Shown here: piece after piece, positions 9,564-17,274 of the stretch
Position numbering within the stretch: the stretch's first letter is position 1
How the letters are laid out: each line of letters starts with the position of its first letter
Origin: Patescibacteria group bacterium
Lineage (GTDB): Bacteria > Patescibacteriota > UBA1384 > XYA2-FULL-43-10
NCBI GenBank assembly: GCA_041674405.1
Contig: JBAYVT010000006.1
Coordinates: forward strand, 25,153-57,152
DNA length: 32,000 nucleotides
Direction of reading: 5' to 3'
Made by a program: the position numbers and the translations under genes
Notes under the pieces: generated by a model
Told to the model about the DNA's origin: nothing
Databases searched by the model: none
What the model saw: the letters and a program-made list of their open reading frames with translations, nothing else

Positions 9564-12092
9564 TCAATCTTTTGTTACTCTCCAGACTTCTTCCATTGAG
9601 GTTAAACCATCGAATGCTTTTAAGATTCCGTCTTGAATCATGGTCACCATTCCGTCTTTGACTGCTTGGTCGCAAATTTTACTCGACTGAACCCGTTCCA
9701 GAATTAATCCTTTGACTTCAGCATTTATATTCAATGCCTCGAAAAGGCCAATTCTGCCTTTGTAACCTGTGTTGTCGCAATTTTTGCATCCTTTTCCTTT
9801 AAAAAATTTCATTTCTTTTTTCTCAACAGCAGTTTTTTCGGCTGCTGGCATTTTGCTGATTTCTTCTTTGATTTTTGCTATCTCTTCGGCAGAAATTTTT
9901 ATTTCTTCTTTGCAATTCTCGCAGATTTTTCTTGCTAGTCGCTGGCCGATCACGCAGTTTAGGGAAGAGGTAAGAAGAAATGGTTCGACTCCCATATCAA
10001 TCATGCGTGGAGCAGCGCCTGAGGCATCATTCGTATGAAGGGTCGACAAAACTATATGTCCGGTGAGTGCCGCATGCACTGCCATGTCTGCAGTCTCAGC
10101 GTCGCGAATTTCACCGATCATTACGATATCCGGATCCTGCCGCAGGATAGACCGCAGCCCATTGGCAAATGTATAGCCGATGTCTGAATTGACTTGGCTT
10201 TGGTTAATGCCGGTCATTTGATACTCTATCGGGTCTTCGAGCGTAACGATATTGGTACTTTCGCTGTAAAGCTCATCGATCATGGCATAAAGCGATGTGG
10301 TTTTTCCTGAACCAGTCGGTCCGGTGACCAAGATCATGCCGTGACTCTTTTTCAAATTGTCGGTGAGAGTATCAAGACCGGATCCTCGCAGGCCGAGTTG
10401 CTCAATGGTGAGAATCCCGGTCTCTTTATCCAAAATTCTCATCACGATTTTTTCACCAAATGCCACCGGCATGGTTGAGACGCGGAAATCTACACGTCGA
10501 TTATCAACCGTAATATTGAATCTGCCGTCCTGGGGTAATCTTTGCTCGTCTATTTTCAAATTGGATAGAATTTTGATCCTTGAAATAACCGATGACTGAA
10601 TGTCTTTGGGCAAATCCACCTTCTTCTTAAGCACTCCGTCCAGCCTAAATCTCACCTCAACTTCCTTTTCTGTTGGTTCGATATGTATGTCAGATGCCTT
10701 ATCGCGAATTGCCCGTTTTAGAAGTGAGGCGACAATTCTAGCAGCCGGAGCATCATCAGCGGCAGCATCTTCTTCCAGATTTGAAGATTTCCTGTCAATG
10801 ACTTTTTTAGAACCTTCTTCGTCATCCTCAACTGATTCAATGGCCTGGGATACTTCGGATTCAAGCCCCTGATATTGCGAAAGAATATTGTTTATATCAG
10901 ATTCTGTAGCTAAAGTAATTTCAATATTTGCGCCCAAAATTCTCTTCAAAATTTCTTTTGCTTCGATATCTTCGGGGTCAACCATCGAAACAATAACTTT
11001 GCCATCTTGCTCTTCGATTGGCACGGCTTTGTATTTTCTGGCGATATTTTCTGGAATTCTTCCCAAAATTTCCTTGGGGACAGTTGTTTTGGACAAATCT
11101 TTATATTTGATGTCGGCTTTTTGTGTCAGCCTTGTATTCAAAATAGGGGTGCTTTTTGGGGGCAATGCGCTCTCGTGTGCTTTTTCGGCTATCAAATCTT
11201 GTGCATTGGTTTCTTGAAGCTCGCCCTTAACTTTATCAATTTTTTGCTCAGCAAGTTTTCCAATAAGGGGTTTTGCTCCGAGATCTGTTCCGCCTGCCGC
11301 AGCATCGAATATTCCGCCCTCTTTTAGATTGATATGTTCAGAATCTTTTTGGGGTGCTGGCGCTTCAGAGACCTTATCTTCTGTTTTTTTGCCAAAACCA
11401 AATTTTTCTTTGAGAATCGAAAATGGGCCTTGTGCCGGTTCTGCTTTCTCTGATTTTTTTTCTGTTTCTCCTCGATGAACTCGAATGGCGTCTTTGAATG
11501 TCGAGATTTCGTGCGTGCCGTCTTTCATAATCTCATCGTAAACATTCGAATTATTCGGTTTCGGTTTCTCGGTTGTACCTTGTTGTGCATGCTTGGCCTG
11601 GTCGTATGCCTCGATGTCATCAATATCCTCAAGATTAGCTTGTTTGCTGGCATCGGTGGTGGTTTGCTTTATAACCGGAAGAGGTTTTGCTGCGTTTTTT
11701 AAGGCAGGAGAAACTACGTTTGCCGGTGTTTTCTCGTCAGAATCTTTTATTGGAACAAATTTTTCTTTAGCTTTTGTTGCTTTGTGCATTGTTGGGTTAT
11801 CCAGAAGCTCAGATCCGTTCGCCAAAGCTTTAATGTTGCCAGAGGGCAGCCATTTGGCAACATTGGTCGGAAGCATCACCATTCGTTTGGAAGCACCGAA
11901 TTTGGGATGGTTTATTACTTTGGAAGGATAATGCACCGTATAAAAAGTGCCGAAGTTGGAGTATACGATCTTCTCGTCGCGCTCGAGGACATCTGTTACG
12001 ACAGCGCCAAAAGCAATAACCAGATTCTCTGCCTGGCGCATAGAAAGCTTAGTTCTTTTAGCAATTTCCTTTGCCAAAGATTTGCGTGTCAT
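9564..12092 (-). CDS. pilB: HU/IHF-like DNA-binding domain fused to PilB/GspE-type pilus assembly ATPase
   Basis: Residues 1-~92 resemble HU (LSMRQAENLVIAFGAVVTDVLERDEKIVYSNFGTF...NHPKFG...VAKWLPSGNIKALAN); long low-complexity linker; MshEN-like region; Walker A GPTGSGKTTSLYAM; ASP/His boxes (TLEDPIEYQM, DPDIVMIGEIRDAETADMAVHAALTGHIVLSTLHTNDA); tetracysteine CENC...CKNC. SD GGAGGGG precedes the ATG at 12092. Confidence 0.93.
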   Translation of the reverse strand: MTRKSLAKEIAKRTKLSMRQAENLVIAFGAVVTDVLERDEKIVYSNFGTFYTVHYPSKVINHPKFGASKRMVMLPTNVAKWLPSGNIKALANGSELLDNPTMHKATKAKEKFVPIKDSDEKTPANVVSPALKNAAKPLPVIKQTTTDASKQANLEDIDDIEAYDQAKHAQQGTTEKPKPNNSNVYDEIMKDGTHEISTFKDAIRVHRGETEKKSEKAEPAQGPFSILKEKFGFGKKTEDKVSEAPAPQKDSEHINLKEGGIFDAAAGGTDLGAKPLIGKLAEQKIDKVKGELQETNAQDLIAEKAHESALPPKSTPILNTRLTQKADIKYKDLSKTTVPKEILGRIPENIARKYKAVPIEEQDGKVIVSMVDPEDIEAKEILKRILGANIEITLATESDINNILSQYQGLESEVSQAIESVEDDEEGSKKVIDRKSSNLEEDAAADDAPAARIVASLLKRAIRDKASDIHIEPTEKEVEVRFRLDGVLKKKVDLPKDIQSSVISRIKILSNLKIDEQRLPQDGRFNITVDNRRVDFRVSTMPVAFGEKIVMRILDKETGILTIEQLGLRGSGLDTLTDNLKKSHGMILVTGPTGSGKTTSLYAMIDELYSESTNIVTLEDPIEYQMTGINQSQVNSDIGYTFANGLRSILRQDPDIVMIGEIRDAETADMAVHAALTGHIVLSTLHTNDASGAAPRMIDMGVEPFLLTSSLNCVIGQRLARKICENCKEEIKISAEEIAKIKEEISKMPAAEKTAVEKKEMKFFKGKGCKNCDNTGYKGRIGLFEALNINAEVKGLILERVQSSKICDQAVKDGMVTMIQDGILKAFDGLTSMEEVWRVTKD

Positions 12093-12114
12093 TGCCCCTC
12101 CGAATTACAAAAAT

Positions 12115-12143
12115 ATTCTATCATTAGCGGATTTATTTATCAA
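12115..12143 (-). promoter_or_regulatory. Candidate sigma70-type promoter for the pilB operon
   Basis: Minus-strand TTGATA (12143-12138), 17-nt spacer, TAGAAT (12120-12115), 23 nt before the pilB ATG. Confidence 0.6.
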
Positions 12144-12306
12144 GCGTTTTTATGGGAAAAAAGGACATATTTGTAAATTTACTAGTGCTGTAGCTTATTC
12201 AACAACCAAAACTACTATTAGACAATTGCTTAGCAATAAAGCGACTAGCTATAGTGTTGATTAACTATTGAGCAATCCACAATCTGTTCACAACTCTGGG
12301 GAGAAG

Positions 12307-12329
12307 CTGGGGATAAAACCCCAGTTTTT
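12307..12329 (+). terminator. Intrinsic-terminator-like hairpin upstream of dnaX
   Basis: CTGGGG-ATAAAA-CCCCAG followed by TTTTT. What transcript it would terminate is unclear. Confidence 0.45.
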
Positions 12330-12551
12330 AGTTGTTAGTTTTTAGTTATTCGTTATGGGAGCACTCATTTATACTCTAGTTTTCGTCATATGGGGGAGAC
12401 ATCTATAATGAATTTACATCCACGGAAAATCTACACAGAAAATCACGGAAAGCATTCGCGGAAAGCTAAAAAATCCAGGAGAGTTAGTTCTGTGTAATTC
12501 TGCGTGAAAATTCTGTGGGATAATTTCAAATTATAAATGGAGCGTAGCGAA

Positions 12552-14297
12552 ATGTCTTTGTATCGAAAATACAGGCCGCAGAAATTCAATGATCTTGTTG
12601 GGCAAGATCATATTCGTGATACTCTGCTTCAAGCAGTAAAAGATAACCAGATTTCACATGCCTATCTTTTCACTGGGCCACGCGGAACCGGCAAAACCAC
12701 AGCTGCAAGGCTGATTGCCAAAGTTGCAAATTGCCACGAGATTCTTGAATCAATAAAAAGCGGGAAGACATCTTCTGGTGAGCCATGCAATAATTGCGAA
12801 TCTTGCAAAGACATACTTTCAAATAAATCAATCGACATCATAGAAATTGATGCTGCATCGAACAGGGGAATAGACGAGATAAGAGAGCTTCGCGAGAATG
12901 TTAAATTCACGCCGGCGAAATCAAAATACAAGGTTTATATCATAGATGAAGTTCATATGTTGACCAAAGAAGCTTTCAATGCGCTTTTGAAAACTCTGGA
13001 GGAACCGCCTGCGCATGCGATTTTCATCTTGGCGACGACCGAAGCGCACAAAGTGCCGGCAACGATTGTTTCCCGTACCCAGCGTTTTGATTTTCACCGC
13101 ATCGGCAAAGATGATCTTAAAAAGAACCTTGAAAAGATCGCCAAAGCGGAAAAAATCGATATCGAACCCGAAGCAATTTCTTTGATAATTTCGGCAGCCG
13201 AAGGCGGACACCGCGATGCGATTTCGCTTCTCGACCAGGTGTCGGGAATCGAAAAAAAAGTAAGTGCAGAATCGGTCAGAAATATATTGGGACTTGTCCC
13301 AAGCGAAGAAGTGTTTGCACTTCTGGGGGCGATTTTTAATACCAATCCGGAGGAGGGATTAAAAATCGCCCATCGCTTGTTTGAAACCGGCCACGACATG
13401 GCAAACTTGAACAAGCAGATTATCGAAACACTGCGCCGGATTCTCCTTTTTTTGATGTCGGAAAAATTTCTTTTTGAAGATACAAAAGAGAATGAAATAG
13501 CTATCAAAAAAACCTGTGAAGAGTTGAACGAAAGTGGCGGTTCAACCGCCAAAATCACAGCCCTGATTGATGTTTTTATTGAATCGGGCAAGCTTCTCAA
13601 GGATGTCAACATGCCGATACTGCCAATCGAGATAGCGATTGTTGAGGGAAGCGTTCTCTTCGAGAAAATGCCAAAAGACAAATTGCAAATGACAAATAAA
13701 ATATCAAATCCGAATGTCCAAGATCCAAAAACGGATAGTCATTCCGACCAATCCGCCAGCTGGCGGAGAGCGGAGGAATCTCCAAAAGAACCTGACCGCA
13801 ATAATTTTCAAAAGATCTCTCCATCCCACTCCGCCGAGGTTTCGAGAGACAAGCAAAATCTAGATGACAAGAAAGAAGAATTAGAAAACCGAAATGAAAA
13901 AATCGAGATGGGAGAGGAGAAAAAAACCACATCTCACAACTCACATCCCGCAAAACCAGCCGAAGTAACTTCGGCCCCTGTTATTGAGATGACTCTGGAT
14001 AGTTGGCAGAAAATTATTGCCGAGATCAAAAATGAAAACACATCGCTTGCGGCGCTTCTGCGAGATTCGAAACCAGTGGCACTCGAGGGCGAAAAGATGA
14101 TTCTGGGCGTCAAATTTCCATTTCATAAAGACAAAATCTCCGAGCCGAAAAATATCCAGATCATCGAGGAAACGATCAAAAAATTGACCGGCAAAACCTA
14201 TATTGTAGAAGTTAAAATTGCTGATCTGCGAGCAAAACCGAAAGAGAAAGCATCGGACGACGAACTGCAGAAAGCAGCAGAAGAGATTTTCTCATAA
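12552..14297 (+). CDS. dnaX: DNA polymerase III subunit gamma/tau
   Basis: MSLYRKYRPQKFNDLVGQDHIRDTLLQAVKDNQISHAYLFTGPRGTGKTTAARLIAKVANC...CNNCESC...IDAASNRGIDEIRELRE...KVYIIDEVHMLTKEAFNALLKTLEEPP. Tracked ORF starts at 12537; MSLYRKYRP at 12552 is the family-typical start. Confidence 0.95.
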   Translation: MSLYRKYRPQKFNDLVGQDHIRDTLLQAVKDNQISHAYLFTGPRGTGKTTAARLIAKVANCHEILESIKSGKTSSGEPCNNCESCKDILSNKSIDIIEIDAASNRGIDEIRELRENVKFTPAKSKYKVYIIDEVHMLTKEAFNALLKTLEEPPAHAIFILATTEAHKVPATIVSRTQRFDFHRIGKDDLKKNLEKIAKAEKIDIEPEAISLIISAAEGGHRDAISLLDQVSGIEKKVSAESVRNILGLVPSEEVFALLGAIFNTNPEEGLKIAHRLFETGHDMANLNKQIIETLRRILLFLMSEKFLFEDTKENEIAIKKTCEELNESGGSTAKITALIDVFIESGKLLKDVNMPILPIEIAIVEGSVLFEKMPKDKLQMTNKISNPNVQDPKTDSHSDQSASWRRAEESPKEPDRNNFQKISPSHSAEVSRDKQNLDDKKEELENRNEKIEMGEEKKTTSHNSHPAKPAEVTSAPVIEMTLDSWQKIIAEIKNENTSLAALLRDSKPVALEGEKMILGVKFPFHKDKISEPKNIQIIEETIKKLTGKTYIVEVKIADLRAKPKEKASDDELQKAAEEIFS

Positions 14298-14389
14298 TGT
14301 CAAAATCCGAATGTCGAATGTCAAACAAAAATATTAAATTTCCAATTTATTTGTAATTTGAAATTTGTAATTCATGTGTTGGAGGGTCT

Positions 14390-15823
14390 GTGCCTCGTGA
14401 TAATGAAAAAAAACAGAATAATGAACGCAAAAAGAAGGTCGTCATTCCTTCCGGAGTTCGGATTCCGCCGCAAAATGTCGATGCCGAACGCTCAGTTTTG
14501 GGTGCTATTCTTATTGATAAGGATGCAATTATCAAAGTAGCCGATATCGTCCGTCCGGAAGATTTCTACGAGTTTCGCCACGAGACGATTTTTTCGGCGA
14601 TGCTCGAACTTTTTGATAAGCGCCAACCGATTGATATAATCACGCTTTCCGAAACATTAGAAGCAATGGAAAAGCTTAAGGAAATTGGAGGCTCGAGTTA
14701 TCTTGCGGATATTGTAAATTCTACACCCTCTGCTTCCAACATCGTTTACTATGCGCAAATTGTCCGCGACAAGGCGGTTTTGCGCCGGCTTATTGAATCG
14801 TCGGGAAACATCAATCAGCTTGGTTATGATGAAGATGCCGATATTTCCGATACGCTGGACAAAGCGGAACAGCTTCTTTTTGCCGTCTCGCAGAAATTCA
14901 TGAAAGAGAAATTTACGGCGGTTAAAGATGTGCTTACAGAAGCTTTCGATCGTATCGACAAGATTCATAAGGATAAGGATAAGGGGGCAATCCGCGGCGT
15001 GCCATCCGGTTTTCGTGATCTTGACAACATCACTGCCGGCTTTCAGAATAGCGACCTTCTGATTCTTGCTGCCAGGCCTTCCATGGGTAAAACTTCCTTC
15101 GCCTTAAACCTTGCCGAACACGCGGCGATCGAGGAAAAAATTCCGGTCGGAATTTTTTCCTTGGAAATGAGCAAAGAGCAGCTCGTCGACAGGCTTCTTG
15201 CATCGCAGGCCGGGGTGGATTCCTGGAAGCTGAGAACGGGAAATTTATCAGACGAAGATTTTCCAAAAATTGGTTATGCGATGGGAGTCTTGTCGGAAGC
15301 GCCGCTCTTCATCGACGACACGCCGGGGGCAAATGTGATGGAAATTCGTGCCAAGGCTCGCCGCCTGCAGATGGAGCATGGGCTTGGGCTGGTAATCATC
15401 GACTACCTTCAGCTTATGGAAGGAAAATCCCATTCCGGTGACTCAAATCGAGTGCAGGAAATATCGGAAATATCCCGCTCACTCAAGGGCTTGGCGCGTG
15501 AGCTTAAAGTTCCGGTGATCGCACTATCACAGCTCTCCCGTGCAGTCGAGCACCGGCCTGACAAGCGACCGCAATTATCCGACTTGCGTGAATCTGGTTC
15601 TATCGAGCAAGATGCCGATATCGTGATGTTCCTTTATCGCGAAGAGTATTATGAGCCGGAAACCTCGAAGAAGGGAATTACTGAAGTCTTGATCAAGAAG
15701 CATAGAAATGGCCCGACGGGCGGGATGGAGCTCTTCTTCCAGCCTGAGCAGATGCGCTTCCGCGATCTCGAACGCGCCCGCTCCGCCGATATTTCTCCTA
15801 AAGATTTGGAACCAGTGGACTGA
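14390..15823 (+). CDS. dnaB: Replicative DNA helicase
   Basis: VPPQNVDAERSVLGAILIDKDAI; LAARPSMGKTSFALNLAEHAA; LGLVIIDYLQLM; SQLSRAVEHRPDKRPQLSDLRESGSIEQDADIVMFLYRE. GTG start after GGAGGG. Confidence 0.96.
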   Translation: MPRDNEKKQNNERKKKVVIPSGVRIPPQNVDAERSVLGAILIDKDAIIKVADIVRPEDFYEFRHETIFSAMLELFDKRQPIDIITLSETLEAMEKLKEIGGSSYLADIVNSTPSASNIVYYAQIVRDKAVLRRLIESSGNINQLGYDEDADISDTLDKAEQLLFAVSQKFMKEKFTAVKDVLTEAFDRIDKIHKDKDKGAIRGVPSGFRDLDNITAGFQNSDLLILAARPSMGKTSFALNLAEHAAIEEKIPVGIFSLEMSKEQLVDRLLASQAGVDSWKLRTGNLSDEDFPKIGYAMGVLSEAPLFIDDTPGANVMEIRAKARRLQMEHGLGLVIIDYLQLMEGKSHSGDSNRVQEISEISRSLKGLARELKVPVIALSQLSRAVEHRPDKRPQLSDLRESGSIEQDADIVMFLYREEYYEPETSKKGITEVLIKKHRNGPTGGMELFFQPEQMRFRDLERARSADISPKDLEPVD

Positions 15824-16061
15824 GTCCCAAGGGGATGAAACACTGCTTGTCCCGCGTAGCTTCAGCGAAGTGGGGAGCGCTTTCGAAGGGCCAGTATATT
15901 GAGTTCATAAAGTTCATAAGGCATGCCCCATAGTGAAATAGCAGTTTCTGCTACTGGGATCCAAAATGTCTGTAAAGTCTATCATGCTGCGATGTTGACT
16001 ATTTTTGTGTTTTGATCTAATTTAGCCACGAGTAAACCATACTGCTTCGGAGGTGATTTCC

Positions 16062-16280
16062 GTGGCTCATCGCGGGAAGGGGGTGTTCAGGCGCAGGACC
16101 TGGGAGCCAAGGCGTCCGGTGTACATCACGCCGGAAGTAGTGGGAGGAAAGATTGCACGTGGAAAATGCCAGTGCGGCGAGCTGGTACCGACTCCGGAGA
16201 ACAGCGAGTTAGCGATTTTTTGCCCGGGATGCGGGCGGAGAATTGCTGGCAGCAATCGTTTCGCCGAGCTTTCGCATTGA
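16062..16280 (+). CDS. Small zinc-ribbon-like protein of unknown function
   Basis: Perfect SD (GGAGGTGAT) 8 nt before GTG at 16062; CQCG...CPGC cysteine pairs (ARGKCQCGELVPTPENSELAIFCPGCGRRIAG); GC-rich hairpin immediately after the stop. Tracked start is 16053. Confidence 0.6.
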   Translation: MAHRGKGVFRRRTWEPRRPVYITPEVVGGKIARGKCQCGELVPTPENSELAIFCPGCGRRIAGSNRFAELSH

Positions 16281-16307
16281 GTCCCGCCCTTCACCAGAGG
16301 GCGGGAC
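16281..16307 (+). terminator. Strong hairpin immediately after the small zinc-ribbon ORF
   Basis: GTCCCGCCCT-TCACCAG-AGGGCGGGAC, 10-bp stem; only a short T-run follows. Confidence 0.5.
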
Positions 16308-16385
16308 TTCGACCATTAATATAAAAAAACTTGCAACAGGACATGAAAAATATCTGGCGTGTTTTTTGGCGGGGCATATTAATGG

Positions 16386-16414
16386 TTGACATCATTAAGT
16401 ACAAAATATATAAT
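16386..16414 (+). promoter_or_regulatory. Consensus sigma70-type promoter
   Basis: TTGACA (16386-16391), 17-nt spacer, TATAAT (16409-16414). Confidence 0.8.
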
Positions 16415-16420
16415 GTTATA

Positions 16421-16520
16421 ATCACTTTAAAAATTGAATAGTGTTAGTGCCGGAGGGGCACGATAGAATCTCAAATATCAAATATCAAAGATATGATGCG
16501 CCTCCGAACGGCGCATTTTT
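16421..16520 (+). ncRNA. Candidate short non-coding RNA (promoter to terminator, about 100 nt)
   Basis: Starts downstream of a perfect promoter; hairpin GTGCC-GGAGG-GGCAC (16447-16461); terminator hairpin ATGCGCC-TCCGAAC-GGCGCAT with T-run (16496-16520); no credible ORF between. Confidence 0.5.
16496..16520 (+). terminator. Intrinsic terminator
   Basis: ATGCGCC-TCCGAAC-GGCGCAT followed by TTTT. Confidence 0.75.
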
Positions 16521-16521
16521 G

Positions 16522-16640
16522 TTTGCATGAGTGAGATGGGAATTGAGAAAGGTTCGCTCCCGCCTTTCTCTCCAAGGGATTAAACATCAATCGATAAAAC
16601 AAGCGGTTATATTTAATCCCTCCCAGCTCATTCCTGCAAA
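16522..16640 (+). ncRNA. Candidate structured RNA, predicted three-way junction
   Basis: Outer helix 16522-16541 with 16621-16640 (17 Watson-Crick pairs, 1 G.U, 2 mismatches), inner hairpin GAGAAAGG/CCTTTCTC (16545-16552/16563-16570), inner helix GGGATTAAA/TTTAATCCC (16576-16584/16612-16620). Confidence 0.45.
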
Positions 16641-16862
16641 AACAAAAAAGAAAAACAAAGAAAATCAGAAACGGAAGAAATGGAAAAAACAAAAGAACAT
16701 TAAAAAAAGCAGGAAAAAATCCAAACGAGGATAGGTCAAAGCGTCTTTTGTTCGACAATAAGTCGAGTAAGGGATGCCACAACGACTTAAAATGCCATTG
16801 CGGCACGCCTCATGGGTGTGAGTTGAATCGACCGGGCAATAATTTAAAATATTTGTTCCCGA

Positions 16863-16939
16863 TAAGCTCGAATATCACTTGCACCCAATCAAAAGAGTTC
16901 ATCAATACGATGAGCTTTTTTGTTTAATTTGGCTTGAAT
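16863..16939 (+). repeat. 77-nt direct repeat copy 1, containing terminator-like hairpin
   Basis: TAAGCTCGAATATCACTTGCACCCAATCAAAAGAGTTCATCaatacGATGAGCTTTTTTGTTTAATTTGGCTTGAAT; second copy 162 nt downstream. Confidence 0.9.
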
Positions 16940-17024
16940 CGGGAACTGTTCCCGACCCACACATCATTCAGGTTCGTCTCGAGTCTTGCAGTCTCGCAGT
17001 CGAAACTTCATTACGCGGGGCAGG

Positions 17025-17101
17025 TAAGCTCGAATATCACTTGCACCCAATCAAAAGAGTTCATCTACAAGATGAGCTTTTTTGTTTAATTTGGCTTGAA
17101 T
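17025..17101 (+). repeat. 77-nt direct repeat copy 2, containing terminator-like hairpin
   Basis: Same sequence with 3 substitutions, all in the hairpin loop (AATAC to TACAA); stem GTTCATC/GATGAGC and T-run unchanged. Confidence 0.9.
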
Positions 17102-17208
17102 AATGTATTACTTTGCCCGTGAAGACACTCCAAAATTTAGTTGTTTCACTCCTGCAGTTTCGGGCTCTTCACTGAGAAAAGCTACTATTTTAGAATTAGA
17201 TTTTTTGA

Positions 17209-17237
17209 TTGACAATTTGTTGGATGAAAAATATAAT
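17209..17237 (+). promoter_or_regulatory. Consensus sigma70-type promoter for the large secreted protein
   Basis: TTGACA (17209-17214), 17-nt spacer, TATAAT (17232-17237), 37 nt before the TTG start. Confidence 0.8.
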
Positions 17238-17274
17238 TAACTCCAGAAGCTAAAAAATTTGAAAACGAGGGGAT

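Noticed and set aside
12593-13711. Several antisense ORFs opposite dnaX (89, 96 and 195 aa)
   Set aside because: They are shadow ORFs of a well conserved coding frame.
16531-16734. 67-aa Lys-rich ORF (MRWELRKVRS...KKSKRG)
   Set aside because: It overlaps the nested helices at 16522-16640, the second half is poly-A-driven low complexity, and there is no convincing SD. Kept as RNA candidate instead, though a small basic protein cannot be fully excluded.
16471-16806. Minus-strand 111-aa ORF rich in Phe/Leu
   Set aside because: It is the antisense of an A-rich tract and structured-RNA candidates, and gives only F/L runs with no RBS support.
16741-16862. tRNA/tmRNA-like signals (GTTCGAC, GAGTTGAATCGACC)
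   Set aside because: No complete cloverleaf, no acceptor CCA pairing and no tmRNA tag reading frame could be assembled; only short alternative stems (TAAGTCG/CGACTTA) are present.
16863-17101. Possible CRISPR or tandem-repeat array
   Set aside because: There are only two 77-nt copies, no regular spacers, and no cas genes in the window.
16879-17103. 74-aa ORF spanning both copies of the 77-nt repeat (HPIKRVH..DELFCLIWLE twice)
   Set aside because: The differences between copies are non-synonymous yet confined to the hairpin loop, indicating RNA rather than protein constraint; no start context.
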